Shown here: positions 14,563 through 28,333 of the stretch, in pieces | Layout of the letters: every line of letters begins with the position of its first letter | How positions within the stretch are numbered: the first letter of the stretch is position 1 | From: Flaccisagitta enflata | Taxonomy: Eukaryota | Direction of reading: 5' to 3' | DNA length: 64,000 bases | Assembly: GCA_965153355.1 (NCBI GenBank) | Contig: OZ231126.1 | Location: forward strand, 18,786,001 to 18,850,000 | Translations under genes and position numbers: made by a program | Notes under the pieces: model-generated | What the model was told of the DNA's origin: nothing | Databases searched by the model: none | Seen by the model: the letters and a program-made list of their open reading frames with translations, nothing else

Positions 14563-15009
14563 CACTCCATATTGTTTATAAGAACACTGTTTTTTGAAAT
14601 GAGGCTCAGCGTTCTTACTTTACGGCCAATTTTTGACCCGTTTAACCATTTAACCATTTAACCATTTAACCCGTTTTAACTGCTTTATTTTCAAAGCATT
14701 GAAGATTTTTTATCATAGTTGCTAGTTATTCACATTCAATAAAATGAATATGTTTTGTTCTTGGTCTTTGCAAAATTTTGCTTTTGTAACTTAGTTCATT
14801 AAAAAGATATATGTGATAAAGGTAACAGGTTGAATTATTTAAGTTGGAGGATTCTGTACAACGTTTTTTTGATAGTTTCCTTAAAAAAGCATAGCAAAAT
14901 GTGCTAAAATGCATTTTTATGCTGAAATCTAAGCCTGAGCATGTTCTTAGGATGTTCTTATTTTTTTCACGAAGTCTGAGGCTGATGTTCTGAGACAAAA
15001 TATGGAGTG
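14563..15009. mobile_element. TA-flanked MITE (CACTC-ended family)
   Basis: TA|CACTCCATATT ... AATATGGAGTG|TA, with internal TTTATAAGAAC and TGAGGCT motifs. Confidence 0.8.
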
Positions 15010-15217
15010 TATTTTCGACATATATTCGACATATATTTGACATATTTGACATATTCGACATATATTCGACATATTTTCTTATGAAAAAGTTTGGCATCTC
15101 TATTGACCGATCGCACCTTCAGACAAAATTGATTGTAATCCCATGGATAAGTAAATTTGATAATTCTCTTTCGTTTGGCGCCAAGCAGCATGCTCTAGGA
15201 CAAATATTATTTAGTTA

Positions 15218-15633
15218 CACGCTTTTCATTTTATAAGAATATTGTTTTTTTAAGTGAGCCTCAGCGTTCTTATTTCTAGCCCTGTTTTGGGGGTCAAGGG
15301 TTCTTAATATGTTCTTATTTCCGAATAAGATAATTATTTTATAATAATATGTTTATATTATTGTAATTAAACAATTTAAGCAAATGTTAAAAAAGATTTG
15401 ATTGCATAAAAAAAATGTGAGATTGATATTTCATGAAAATTAATTGTTATTTTTAAAATCATTATCAAAATATCAATCATTTTGGGGTTTTTATCTAATT
15501 TTACTAGTTTTTTGAAGAATGTTATTCTTATCTAGAAATCTGAGGCTCGCCATATTCTTAAGATGTTCTTATTTGTGCCTTAATGTGAGGCTGATGTTCT
15601 TATAAACAGTGTTCTTACTAAAAGAAAAGCGTG
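15218..15633. mobile_element. TA-flanked MITE, same family
   Basis: TA|CACGCTTTTC ... GAAAAGCGTG|TA. Confidence 0.8.
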
Positions 15634-16542
15634 TATGATTTTTTAAAGATTTTTTTAGGAAGAATTCAAATTGGTTTTTAAAAAAAAATTTTTTTATGAT
15701 TTTGTGTAGGATCAATAAAGAAGTGAATTGATGTTTGTTTGAGCATGCAAATACAAGAAAACATGTTATGAGCATAGCTCATCTGTGCTGTGAGGGGTTT
15801 TTTTAGTATACTAGCTCAATTTGCTCATTTAGCTCAGTCATTTTTTTCTGATTCTAAATGGGATAAATGAATAATGTTTTGATAAATGTTTTTGCATGAA
15901 AATATTAGAAAGTATAGCTGCTCATCTGTGAGGGTGGTTTTGATTGTTCTAGCTCATTTAGCTGATTTAGCTCGGTCTTTTTTTCTGATTTTAAATGGGA
16001 TGAATATATGTTAAGATGTAAGCATGCAATTATGTACTAGAAAGCATGTCACTGAGCATAGCTGGTTGTCGGGTAAAGTGATTTCGAGTAGCTCATCTAG
16101 CTCATTTGGCTCAGTCCTATTTTTCTCTGATTTCTAGTGTAATCAGAACATACACTTGCTCTTGATTTGATCTATCAAATAAAAAAAATTACAGTGACAA
16201 AAGCTTGGTGAAAAGTGACCAATGCTTACAACTTTTTTCCTCACGGCGATAGCCGCCATTACTGGTACATTCATTGCTTATAATGCCGGATGAACGGCTA
16301 CCCTATTAGCGTGCGGGTGGGCAAACTCAGAATTGCCATTGCTAAAGGAAGTAGTTTTCCGACGGACTGTCCGACCTGAAACTTAACTTACACAGCCGCG
16401 TAAAGGTGGTAGGTGGATCTTATTCTTTTGTTTAATTTTTGCCCGTCATGCCCTGACTCTCATTGGAGTAAACGCAAAGAAACCAAGTTGGACAAAGGAA
16501 CAACTTAGAACAAAACCTCGTGGCAATTGTTTTAAATTTTGA

Positions 16543-18771
16543 TTTGGAAAAAAGTCGAAGAGACGAAGTCCCTTCAGTCTTTTTGAGTCCTGCAGAGGAA
16601 AATGGATTTCCCTTTGTTTTATAAGTCGTTTGGGGAAGTTGATACATTTTGGGGGCAGAATGAGACTACGCATGAAATTAATAGCTAAGAAAGAGCTAAT
16701 TCTCCTCTTTCAGATGACGCCAAGCAGAGTTCTGTGCAATTGATAGTTTTGGAGCTATGATTTTTTAAATCTTTTTATATTTTTTTCGCATTTTTTGCAT
16801 TTTTACCAAAAACAAGGCCAACACCTATAAGTCGCGTGCGAGACTTACTTACATAATGGCCTAATTATATAAGTGTGTTATTTCCTGTAATGACGATAAT
16901 GACTATAGTTACCTATTGACCTATGACGATAATGACTATAATTACTTATTGACCTATAATTGCCTATAATGATCTATAATTACTTATAATTACCTATAAT
17001 TACCCATTATCAAATAATGAACTATAAGTACCTGTAAAGACCTATGATTACCTATAATTACATATGGACCAATGATTACCTATAATGATGTATGATTACC
17101 CATAATTACCCACAATTACCTATCATAACATAACGACCTATAATTACCTATAATGACTTATGATTACCTATAATTACCTATAATTACCTATAATTACTCA
17201 TAATTAAATAATGACCTATAAGTACCTATAAAGACCTATGATTACCTATAATTACATATGGACCAATAATTACCTATAATGACCTATGATTACCCATAAT
17301 TACCCATAACTACCTTTACTAACATAATGACCTATAATGATCTATGATTACCTATAATTACCTATAATTGCACAATGACCTATATCTACCTTTAATTACC
17401 TGTGATTAGCTATAATTACCTATAATTGAAAGATTACCTATAATTACCTTTATTGACCTTTGATTACCAATAATTACCTTAAATTTCATAATGACCTATT
17501 ATTACCTATAACTATCTATAATGACCTACAATTACCTATAATAACATAATGACTTAGAATTACCTATAATGATCTATAATTACCTTTTATCACCTATAAT
17601 TATCTATAATTATATAATGACCAATAATTACCAGTAATGACCTATAATTGCATAATGACCTATAATAACCTATGATTACCCCTTATGACCTATAATTACC
17701 TATAATTACCTATAATTACATAATGACCTGTAATTACCTGTAATGACCTATAATTACCTATAATTACCTATAATTACCTATGAATACCTATGATTACATA
17801 ATGACCTATAATTACCAATAATGATCTATAATTGCATAATAATCGATAATCACCTATAATGACCTATAACTACCTATAATTACATAATGACCTATAATTA
17901 CCTACAATGACCTATGATTACCTATAATGACCTATGATCACATATAATTGAATAATGACCTATAATGACCTACAAATACCTATAATTATGTAAATAAAAA
18001 GTGAAATGACTATATTGACTAAAATGACTAAAATGACTGAGAATGACTTAGAATGACGTAGAATGACTAAAAATGATCTAAAATGACTTAAAATGACATA
18101 AAATGACTTAAAATGACTTAAAATGATGAAAAGGATTATATTGACTAAAATGACAATAATGACTAAAAATGACTTGGAAAGACTTAAAATGCCTTAAAAT
18201 CACTTGAAATTACTTAGAATCACTTGAAATGACTTAAAATAACTTAAAATGACTTAAAATGACTTAAAATGATGAAAAGGACTATATTGACTTAAAATGA
18301 CAATAATGACTTAGAATGACTTAAAATGACTTAAAATGACTTAGAAATGACTTAGAATGACTTAGAATGACTTAGAATGACTTAGAATGACTAAAAATGA
18401 CCTAAAGAAATAAAATTGATAAAAAAAGTAAAGTGTGACCAACCGACCGACCGACCGACCAACCGACCGACGGACAAAGCGGGTTGTAGAGTCGCGTGCA
18501 CGCGACTAACAAGGAATCGAGTTAGTTAAAGTCTATTTGAACCTTGAAATGTCCAAGGTGATGATTGTGCAATGTGCATCCTGGCAGCACAGTCTCTCTC
18601 TCTCATTTCAACTCTGGACGCTATGGGAGGCTTTGTCCGTCAGTCCATCCATTGGTCTGTTGGTCTGTCTGTCCATCTGACAACCAGATGACCAGACAAA
18701 AAACAATCACAGGAAATTGCAAAACCTCGCACTTACGACTTTTTTCCTACGGCGAGAGCCGCCTTTATTGG
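16543..18771 (+). mobile_element. Diverged Helitron copy 4 containing a 1.7-kb HINE
   Basis: Degenerate 5' end ttggaaaaaagtcgaag and 3' end cggcgagagccgcctttattgg|t. Confidence 0.6.
16811..18509 (-). mobile_element. HINE-like element with ~1.5 kb internal 9-10 bp tandem arrays
   Basis: Ends aacaaggccaacac..agtcgcgtg and (GACC)n..gtagagtcgcgtgcacgcgactaa. Interior is (ATTACCTATA)n at ~16890-17990, then (AAATGACTTA)n at ~18000-18400. Confidence 0.85.
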
Positions 18772-19493
18772 TAAAAATTTTTTTAGTTACCTCTTACTGG
18801 TCTCAGAACAGCAAAGGCGCACATCGCCGACTCGGAAATAGTAGTAAAATTGTGATTTTTTTCTCATTGTTTGCTCCCTTTTCCCCCCTTTCTAAGCAGC
18901 CTTGAGGCCTTGAGGCCCAAATTCTAGTTCCAACTTCCAAGGCCCAAATCCCAACACCAAGGCCCAAAACCCAACACCTCAGGCTCAAATCCAAATTCCA
19001 AGTTTCAGATCATAACTTCAAAATCCAAATTTGAAGTTTCAGGGCTAGAATTCCAGAATCAATCATAGGTCATCGGGTCCTTAGGGGCCTGCTGACCATG
19101 TCAAATTCAATGCTCTAGTCCTAATTTTTAGCTTTGACGTCCATATCCAAGCAGTGAGGCTCAAATCCCAACCCAAAGGCTCAGATCCAATCCCCTTGGC
19201 CCAAATTCCAGCTCCAAGGCTCAAATCCCAGCACCAAGGCTCAAATACCAGTCCCAAGGTTCAAATCACAACTTCAAAATCTTAATCGTACCCTCAGGGC
19301 TCAAATCAAGCATATCTTACAGGGTCCCTCGGGGCTTGCTGATGCCTATGCCCATGCTGATACCCATGCGATGCCCTTTTCAAAGAGAAAAGTTAGCTAT
19401 TTCTTAGCTATGAATTTCAAAAAATATATCCTCCCACTCAATATGTAGCACTATTTTCTAAATCTAAAAAAACAATGAAATTCAATGGGACTA

Positions 19494-20232
19494 CACTTTT
19501 TTTTTTTTATAAGCACCTCGTTTATAAGCACGCCCAGCCTCAGATACTGGGAAAATTTAAGCACATTGCTAAGCACGCTCCAGGCTGAGATTTCCGAATT
19601 GAAAAAAAAAATTGGGCGATTTCTAAAAATATGCCAATTTTTAGACATTTTTTGTTGGAATTTGACAAAAACCAACGGAAACTTTAATAAAAACTAAAAT
19701 TATTTATAATATCAATTTGTCAATACACTCAGGACTTTGATTTGATACTGATAGAAATGACTGAATTTATCATGATCTTTAAAAATATTATAACTTAGAT
19801 ACTATCATTAATAAGAATTAATTGTTGTAATAAGGACCACCAAAAAAGAACAATATATCAGGATACTAAATAGCATTGAAAATCTAAAAAAAGTTTACAT
19901 TGAATTAAAATACTAATCACATCCCATGGTTTATATAAAAGTAGGATAACCTCAGTGAAAGACTATATATTTCTTCATACAAAATACATTTATTACTGTA
20001 TTTTATACTATACTTTATTCTATATTATACAATACTCTTTATTATACTATTTTCTCTACCGTACTGTGTACTGCTTACTGTGTAGTCTTTCTCATATGTA
20101 CTGAATAGGACAATTACTTACTGATAAATAATAAGCACGCATTTAAGCACATTTCAGCCTCGAAAATAAGATTTTGCTAAGCACGCTCAGCCTCAGCCGA
20201 AAAAAGAGCGTGCTTATAAAAAAAAAAGAGTG
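19494..20232. mobile_element. TA-flanked MITE, same family (short relative at 52094-52244)
   Basis: TA|CACTTTT..ATAAGCAC ... GTGCTTATAAAA..GAGTG|TA. Confidence 0.8.
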
Positions 20233-21605
20233 TAAAGTTAAAACCGTAAAAAAAAACCTCGCCGTCCTTGAAAAAAAGACATCCGACGACGCAATTAAAC
20301 ACGCGGCGGAAAAGATCAGCACCAGAGAAGGTGTTCAAAACCGTTCATACATATAATGGAAGTCGGCACCGCCCACCAAAGAAGGTGACAAATGTACTTA
20401 AGGTTTTTAACCGACTTTTAAGTTTTAACCTGGCGTCGGTCCGATGGAAAGTCATCTCAAATTGCCCACATCAAAGCGGGACATATTTTGATCGACCTCA
20501 TTTTTTCTCTCATCTCGAATTTTTGAGAAAAAAAAAAGAAGATATGATTGAACCCAGAATCTCCAGGAGGGAAGGACGACATGGATGATCTGGAGGAAGA
20601 ATAAGTGGTGGTGGTGGAGGTGGCGGTGGTGGTGGTGGTAGTAATGGTGGTGGTGGTGGTGGTGGTGGTGGCGGTGGTGGTGGTGGTGGTGGTGGTGGTG
20701 GTGGTGGTGGTGGTGGTGGTGGTGGTGGTGGTAATGGTGGTGGTGGTGGTGGTAATGGTGGCGATGTAGGTGGAGAGGAAGGTAAATGATGGTGGTGATG
20801 GGGTCAGTGAGAAAGAACCGCGATGGCTTAACTAAGGTGGTTGTAAGTGGTCAAGCAAGATACATCAGATTATGGTAGATCAGTGTCAAAGATGGAATAA
20901 GGTGGAGGGAGAGGGTGGTGATTAAGTAAAGATGAGAGGATTTGGTGGGGGATGGGGTGGAGAATGATATAGTGGTGGAGACGGTAGGGTGGTGTAAAGG
21001 AAGGGTAGTCGGCGATGGAGGCGAAACAGTCAAGAGATGATGATGAAAGAGGACGCCGAGGGAGAATCTTTCGCTTAAAATCGATTTCTTTTTTCGAAAA
21101 CGAAATGGGACAAAGAGCGAAAATTAAACCCTTCCGCACTGTAGTTGGTTAAGTTTCATAAAAGAGAAATGGAAAAAAAGTAAAAGTTTTTTCTTTCTTT
21201 TTTCTCTGGAGCAGGAGGGTGCATGTCGTGCCAGACGCAATATGTTTGGATTCACCTTTGTTCCTTCTTGTCTTTGTTCTTTCTCTTATTTTTAGACAGT
21301 CTCTTTCAATGGAGTCTTTAGACTTAGATGTAAGAAACAGATTCCACAGCCGGAATAAAAGAAATCTGTACGTACAAGTATTGCGACAAGTATGAGGAAA
21401 ATCCTTTTATCCAATCTATCTATTTTTTACACACTCATTGTATTCCTTGTTTGGCGACCTGTTAGTCGCGAGCACTCACCCTGCAGTGTAGGTATGTCCG
21501 CATTATCGACTATAGAGCAACCTCTACATTCGGTTGTTCTTAGGAGTTTTTATCATTTCTTCAATTCCTGTCCCATCCTAGCAACATTTGACACTGGCAC
21601 TGAAA

Positions 21606-21706
<101 letters not shown>

Positions 21707-21947
21707 CTGGCAAACTAGTGAAAAAGAGTAAGTTAGCCAGCATCGTCAAACGATAGTTATGATGGCTCCAAATTATCTAATATCAAATTTTCCACAGAAA
21801 CAAATTCGAATTCGAATTTTAATTTCAATCGTTTTTGTTCGGGAGGCCCCTGAGGCGAACTTAACCTCCCGCTGGCCTTCAGGGGGGATCGATAGCTGAG
21901 GACTGTCACAGCGACGAATCTTCAGTCCGGAGGGGGCGCATGTAAAT

Positions 21948-21998
<51 letters not shown>

Positions 21999-22512
21999 TA
22001 GAAAGAAAGAAACCTACAAAATACCTCTACAAATTACAACTGTCAACTGTCAAGCCGCAGTCCGATCCACTTGCTTAATGTATTTTGATTTCAATATTGG
22101 ATTAGACCCAAAGATCTTACGGACAGCTTTTTGTATATACCTTCTTGATATGACCATGATGATCAAAGTGATTTACCCCTCTCATATACGAAGCACTTAA
22201 ATCTTCATCCGGCGTAATTTCCATCTCTTATCAAACTTCCTAGAAACGTTTCCTGCATTCTCATATTTTTTGGATTTCAATTTCTTTGTCCATTTTCTCG
22301 CTACTTTCCTTCTTTCTTTCTTTCTTTGCAAAGACAGCACCTCTGTCGGTCCCTTGGCGGCCTGTCTTTTTTTATTCAGAAAACATAAGGTGATATCAGG
22401 CCACCAAGCTAGTCCACAGCTAGCTACAAGCTACAAATTTGATACCATCGAAAGAGTGAAATTTTATAAAAGTGATGTTGTGGTCGCAGCGCCGCCCTTA
22501 TGAAAGGTCTCC

Positions 22513-22902
22513 TTTTGGGCAGCGGCCCGAAGGGGTCGATGATCTATGCTTTCACACATATGGGGAATTTTCTCCTCCTCCTCCTTCTTCTTTGTACCCC
22601 CCTCCCCCAACCTCAAGGCCTATATCTCAGCCTCGATGCCTTGAGCTTGAGGTCCAAATCCCAGTCTTGTGGCCCAGATCCAAACCTCAATGCCCAGATC
22701 CCGACTTCAAGGCCCAAATTCCAGCCTGGAAGTTGGGGGAGGGGGCATTTGGAGGAGGAGGAGGAGGAGGAGAAAATTCCCCATATGTGTGAAAGCATAG
22801 ATCATCAACCCCTGCTGCCCTGCTACCTCCCTCAACTACAATCCAAATCTACTTAAGCAGGGCACGGGAACCGCTGGCCATCTAACGCTTTAGAGACTAT
22901 TT
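22513..22902 (+). mobile_element. Second HINE-like family with long subterminal inverted repeats and ~21-bp internal repeats
   Basis: TTTTGGGCAGCGGCCCGAAGGGGTCGATGATCTATGCTTTCACAC ... GTGTGAAAGCATAGATCATC..CTGCCCTGC..GCAGGGCACGGG.ACCGCTG. Relatives at 1-115, ~18890-19350, 36735-37184 (minus) and 37576-38246. Confidence 0.75.
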
Positions 22903-23777
22903 CGCCTTAGATAACACAGAGGGAAAGGAAGCATTTGTTATGAATCTGATACCACTGATTGGCAGGCTTCCCATCTTTTTTTGTTTCTTTGGGGGGAAAA
23001 AGTCTTTCTGTATCGTGTTATCATCGCGAGGATGTTGTTGTTTTTCCGTTCCTTTGTCCAAATTTGACATTCTATCACTTTTCATCCATGTTTAGGTTGG
23101 AACGAAACGGAAACTTCATTGTTTCCCTAAAGATAAGGAAGGCTTTTTTTGGATGAGACTGGAGCGGCCGAAGTTCGTTTTCGTGTGGGGGAGTTAGGGG
23201 CAAAGGAGTGGGGTGGGGGGGCAAAATGCGAAACGATCAGCTATGGGCTTGTGGCTTTTAACTACAAGGCTGGGATTTGGTGCATGGCGTCGGTGTGCTG
23301 AGAATCTTTGTCACGAAGAGACAGATTGATTCCCCTGTGTTGAAATTCTACGGGACTTTAATTTTTCTCCGAGGCCACTGCTCAACGAGTAGATTTGAGG
23401 ATCAATTTGCAGTTGAAACACTGATCATGGAGGACCAAGAAAGGGAAATTATACTAAGGGGTGACCGAGAGGAAAGGGATGGAGAAGGTGATGTTTGGCA
23501 TTGACCACCGACCAGTCCAAGGACTCAAAAGAAATTGATGAGATTACAATCATATTGGCGTGATTCTCTTAATCGGAGGGAAGGGGGGTGGGGTAGTGAG
23601 AAGAAGGCGAGTTAAGATGGGGAGAAGGAGGAGAAGGAGAATAAGGAGGAGGTATGAATGAGATTGTTCAATGAGACGTCTAAAGCCAACCGCAGACGTC
23701 TCAAAAACAAAAATAGAGCATTTCTTGAACAAATTCCTGCGAAATCTCATTCTTTCTCTATCAGTCTATGTGTGTCA

Positions 23778-23858
<81 letters not shown>

Positions 23859-23868
23859 TGTGTGTGTG

Positions 23869-24033
<165 letters not shown>

Positions 24034-24066
24034 GTCTGTCTGTCTCTCTGTCTGTCTCTCTGTCTC

Positions 24067-24159
<93 letters not shown>

Positions 24160-25549
24160 GCTCAAACGCGATTTACCAACCTCTTTTCTCCCCTAATTGT
24201 AATGAGAAGGCAATCCACCTCCAGACTAATTGTTTCTCTGTCTTAATCTAGAGAGAATGTTTCCCACAAAGATCTCCTTATTTGTTAAGATTCTATCAAG
24301 GCTGCCATTCTTTTGGTTTTCTTTCAGAGGTTTTTTAGTCGCCTGCTACGCCACTCTACACCCCGCTTTGTCGGTCTGTCCGTCTTTGTCGGTCCGTCCG
24401 TCGGTCCGTCGGTCCGTCACACATTATTTTTTTTTGTTTTTGCGGTCTTTGGCCTCACTGCACCTGCCCAAATGATGAACTGACCTCAATTACGGCCCCT
24501 GCCCACGTGCACGCGACTGGGGTAGCCGTGTATCCGGCCTTGTTAAGTCGACACATCATTTGGCTCTAGAAATAGCTGTTTGACAGTCTCCCTCACCTTT
24601 CTTTTAACGAGCTCTCATTTGGTTTTTCAGTGTGGTTTTTGCACTGTTGTGGCAAGAAGATTGACCGATATAGCGATATGGCAAGCTTTAAGATACGTGT
24701 TAACTCAATCAAGGAGAGATTGTATGAAGAGGAAGTTTTTCCTTCATTTTACATGAAATTAATCCAGGCTGGATATACGGCTATCCCAGTCGCGTAAGGG
24801 TAGGCAGGGGCCGTATTTGAGGCCACCAGAGCATTTGGGAAGGAGCATGGAGGCCAATGATCGCAAAAACATAAACAAAAGTAAAACATGGTGGACCGAC
24901 CAATCAAACAACCGACCAACGGAAGGACGGATGGACAAAGCGGGGTGAAGTGTCGCGTAGCACGCGACTAAAAAGAAAAAAAGTTTCAGACTAGTTTCCC
25001 CTCCATCTCTTCCACTCCTCCTACTTGTAAAATCCTCTTTTCGTCAAGCAGGAAACTAAGGCATTCATCGACCGTCGCCTGTGTCGGCCCGTTTGAGGTG
25101 TCAAATATGACTTGTAAGGTCAACAGGGGGCACGAAAAGTTCATAGGACTGGCTGTTATTGCACCTTTTCTATTTCCCCAGTCAACTTAAGTCGAACCCG
25201 AACATCTTTTTGATCAGTAGATTTAAATGATTATAAACTTAAATGGTTTTAGAAACCACTGGCAGGGGCGCAGGGGGTGAATAAGAACAGAAAGAGGGTT
25301 GCAGGGGGCAGGGGTGGACTTAAGCCTAAGTTACGGGGCTTTCGGACGGATGAACATGGGAAATGTATAAGGGCGAAGGACTGGGGCGATGAATTGAGTG
25401 TAGTTGGGGCTAAAAGTGTTGTTAAGGAGTATTATGGGTCAATTGGGTCATGAAATGTGGGAGTCAAACAATTTTTTTTTTTCAAAAAAAGGATGCGTGA
25501 GGAGGTTCGACTGGAATTCATTTGCATTCCCAAGATTGAAGAAGAGAGT

Positions 25550-25602
<53 letters not shown>

Positions 25603-25607
25603 AGAGA

Positions 25608-25652
<45 letters not shown>

Positions 25653-25801
25653 GGACGATAAAAATAATTAGATAAATTCTAAATAGGCCATCGATTTAGA
25701 CGATGAAAAAAAAGAAAGTCGAGAAAAAAGAATGAAAAGAAGCTGCAAGAGAGAAAGAAGGAGAAAATAAGGAAAAACAAACAAGAAAAAGAAGGAAAAG
25801 G

Positions 25802-25835
<34 letters not shown>

Positions 25836-27056
25836 GGAATCAGACAGTCAAACTGTGGCCCTTTTCTCTAATTGAACAAGTGTGTTAGAATTTTTGTCGA
25901 AGTGGAAAACCATCTAAAAAATTCGAGGGAAATACAGCATTCCCACAAAACGTTATAATTGAGGATGATCAGGAACAGTTGAGAATTCAAAACAAAGAAA
26001 CTTTGAAATATGTTGGTATGGTGCGGTAAAGTATGTATGTCTGTTTCTATCCTCTCTCGGAGAAATTTCACCACCATTCATCATGAAAATTCACGATGGA
26101 GGCTTTAAGCGTTTTTCAATTCTGTCTTAAAGTCAGTAAGTACCGAAATAACAAGTTTGTACCTAAAATGAACTGTTCAGTTCTGTTTTAAGCTTTAATA
26201 ATAATATAGCGTTCTATTTCCATAATGAACTGTAACGTCAATGCGTCATTACATTTCACAACCCATGATTTCGAGGCCGTAAAAATGTTTGTCTGTTTTG
26301 GGCAGGGGCAGTACTTCTTAAGAGACTAACTCGTCTATATCATAAGCACGACCCTACGGTTAGAGCAACGCACTGCTGCTCCTTCAAAGCTTTGTCAAAA
26401 GTGGCTACCTGACTCATGTTTACGCAACTAGGAAAAGGGGCGATGACCTCTTATGAGTTCCGTTCGTGTCAAGCGCAATTCCCTGAGCCAATTCCTTGCA
26501 ATGCAATCAGATTTCATGAATCGTTTTACGTAACAGAATTCTTCTGTCTCTCTGGTTTCCATGCTGTCCCTTTAGCTAAGCACCTTGATTTCCAAGAAGT
26601 CGCCTTGACATGTACTGGAACTAATCGATGAATTCGGAGAATTTCATATCCGCCTCTCAACAAAAAGCGTCAGACTCTATAGCATTTGAGATGCGTCCGT
26701 CCAACTGCATATCCCCGTTTGTCTATCCGTCTGGAATGGCCAGTGCAACCCATAATTGATATTAGTTTTAGTTTTTTTTGCAGGTTTGTTTTACATCAGC
26801 ATAGCAAATAATAATGTATTGCACCTTAACGTATGAATGAATGTTGCACTGGGTACGATGTATTGTACAGTCACCTTTGACGAATTTCAAACAACTGAAA
26901 AAAAAATTTATATTGGCAAAAAAACAAAAAAACAAAAAAAACAAAAAACAAAACAAAACGAAAAAAAAAAAGAATAAAAATAAAGGCCGGATAGACTACG
27001 ACCAATATCAAATGTCAATGTTAAGTGTATTCCTTTGAAATTACTGAAAACTGCAG

Positions 27057-27164
27057 AAGTTGACAGCGAAAAACGCCACCTTCAACGTCTGCAACTGGCA
27101 TAACAGATTCATTCTCCCTTCCGAAGAAACCTGTATAAATTTCCCGTCTAGCTTTTTCTGGCAG
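27057..27164 (+). CDS. Orphan candidate exon
   Basis: ctgcag| ... CAG|GTCAGA, 108 nt phase 0-0: KLTAKNATFNVCNWHNRFILPSEETCINFPSSFFWQ. Weak pyrimidine tract and no partner exon identified. Confidence 0.2.
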
Positions 27165-28333
27165 GTCAGATGATCGGAGCTGAGAGGCTTTTTCTTTATT
27201 CCACACGTGAGAGCTTTAAGTGAAGGCAGTGCAGAAGAGCCATTGCGCCCTTTGCAGGACATTGACCTCGCAAAATGAGCCGCGAGCCTTTCCGTCCAAA
27301 AGTGGCTTCAAACAATTTCTCTGATTGCTACAAAAGAATAGGGTCCAGAAGGTTGGATGATCGTCGAGCAAACGCGAAAGAGACAGACAGATGGATGGAC
27401 GGACATGACTTTTATTGTAAAAAAAAAAAGTAATGAGCAAACATAATTAGTTAATTACCCTTGTTCTGTGTCTAGCCTCGAATACAGCGCAAAACAATTA
27501 CAGGGATGAGTTTCAAAATGATTTCACAAAACTAAAGCAAGCCTAATTTAGATATTCCATTTGGTACTCCTACTTGAGAGATTTGGCCCTGAAGCTGTAT
27601 CAAAACGGTTTTGTATCTAACCATTCATCTCGTATTGTTCCATCAATCCAAGCATGGTGGGAAATGCTCCTGCAAATCCTTGTTTTCCTCTATCTTTTTT
27701 TCTCTGTTTTTACCCGATTACACAAGAGTGTAGTAAACACAGCTTATCATTGTACTCTCACGCTATCAAAACGGAAATAAAAAAAAACTCACCATTTATC
27801 TTTCAAGTGCTGATCATTTTTCATGGCGGTTATTTTGGTTGTCAACTGCCAAAGTGATTTGCAGATAAGTTTACAACAAAATACAAAGTGTCGACTTTTG
27901 GCTTTAGTTTGGCTCCCTCGAGCATTATTTGTTTGCTTTCACAAATGGATCGAAAAAGATTGTAACAACAGAAACCGCGCCGGTTACTATACTATAGACC
28001 TTAGAAGAGTCGTAAAAACATTAGATGGTCAGCGGCACCCCATGGCCAAAGTTTGTGTATGTGGGATTGAGATGTTGAGAGGGCAGCGACCTTGAAGTAG
28101 CCAATGACCTTTCCCGGGGATCATTGGGAATTATGGGAAATCATTTGGATAATACAAACGATAGCTTTTCATTTGACAGGCAATTGAGATTGTGTAGATT
28201 TGATAAGTAAAGAATGATGTATAATTTGATGAATGATACTGAATTTCTAATATCAGTTCAATTCTATTGTACTTCAGACTTTAGATTTGTTCTTCAGTCT
28301 TTAGATAGGGAAAACGTCACATGCATTCTTTAA

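Larger units (their letters stand above)
14512..16265 (+). mobile_element. Non-autonomous Helitron copy 3 with two nested MITEs
   Basis: Same termini and body as copy 2. MITEs inserted at 14563-15009 and 15218-15633. Confidence 0.8.

Noticed and set aside
16890..17990. Telomere-like interpretation of the ATTACCTATA array
   Set aside because: The unit is 9-10 bp, not arthropod TTAGG, and it is bounded by HINE termini.
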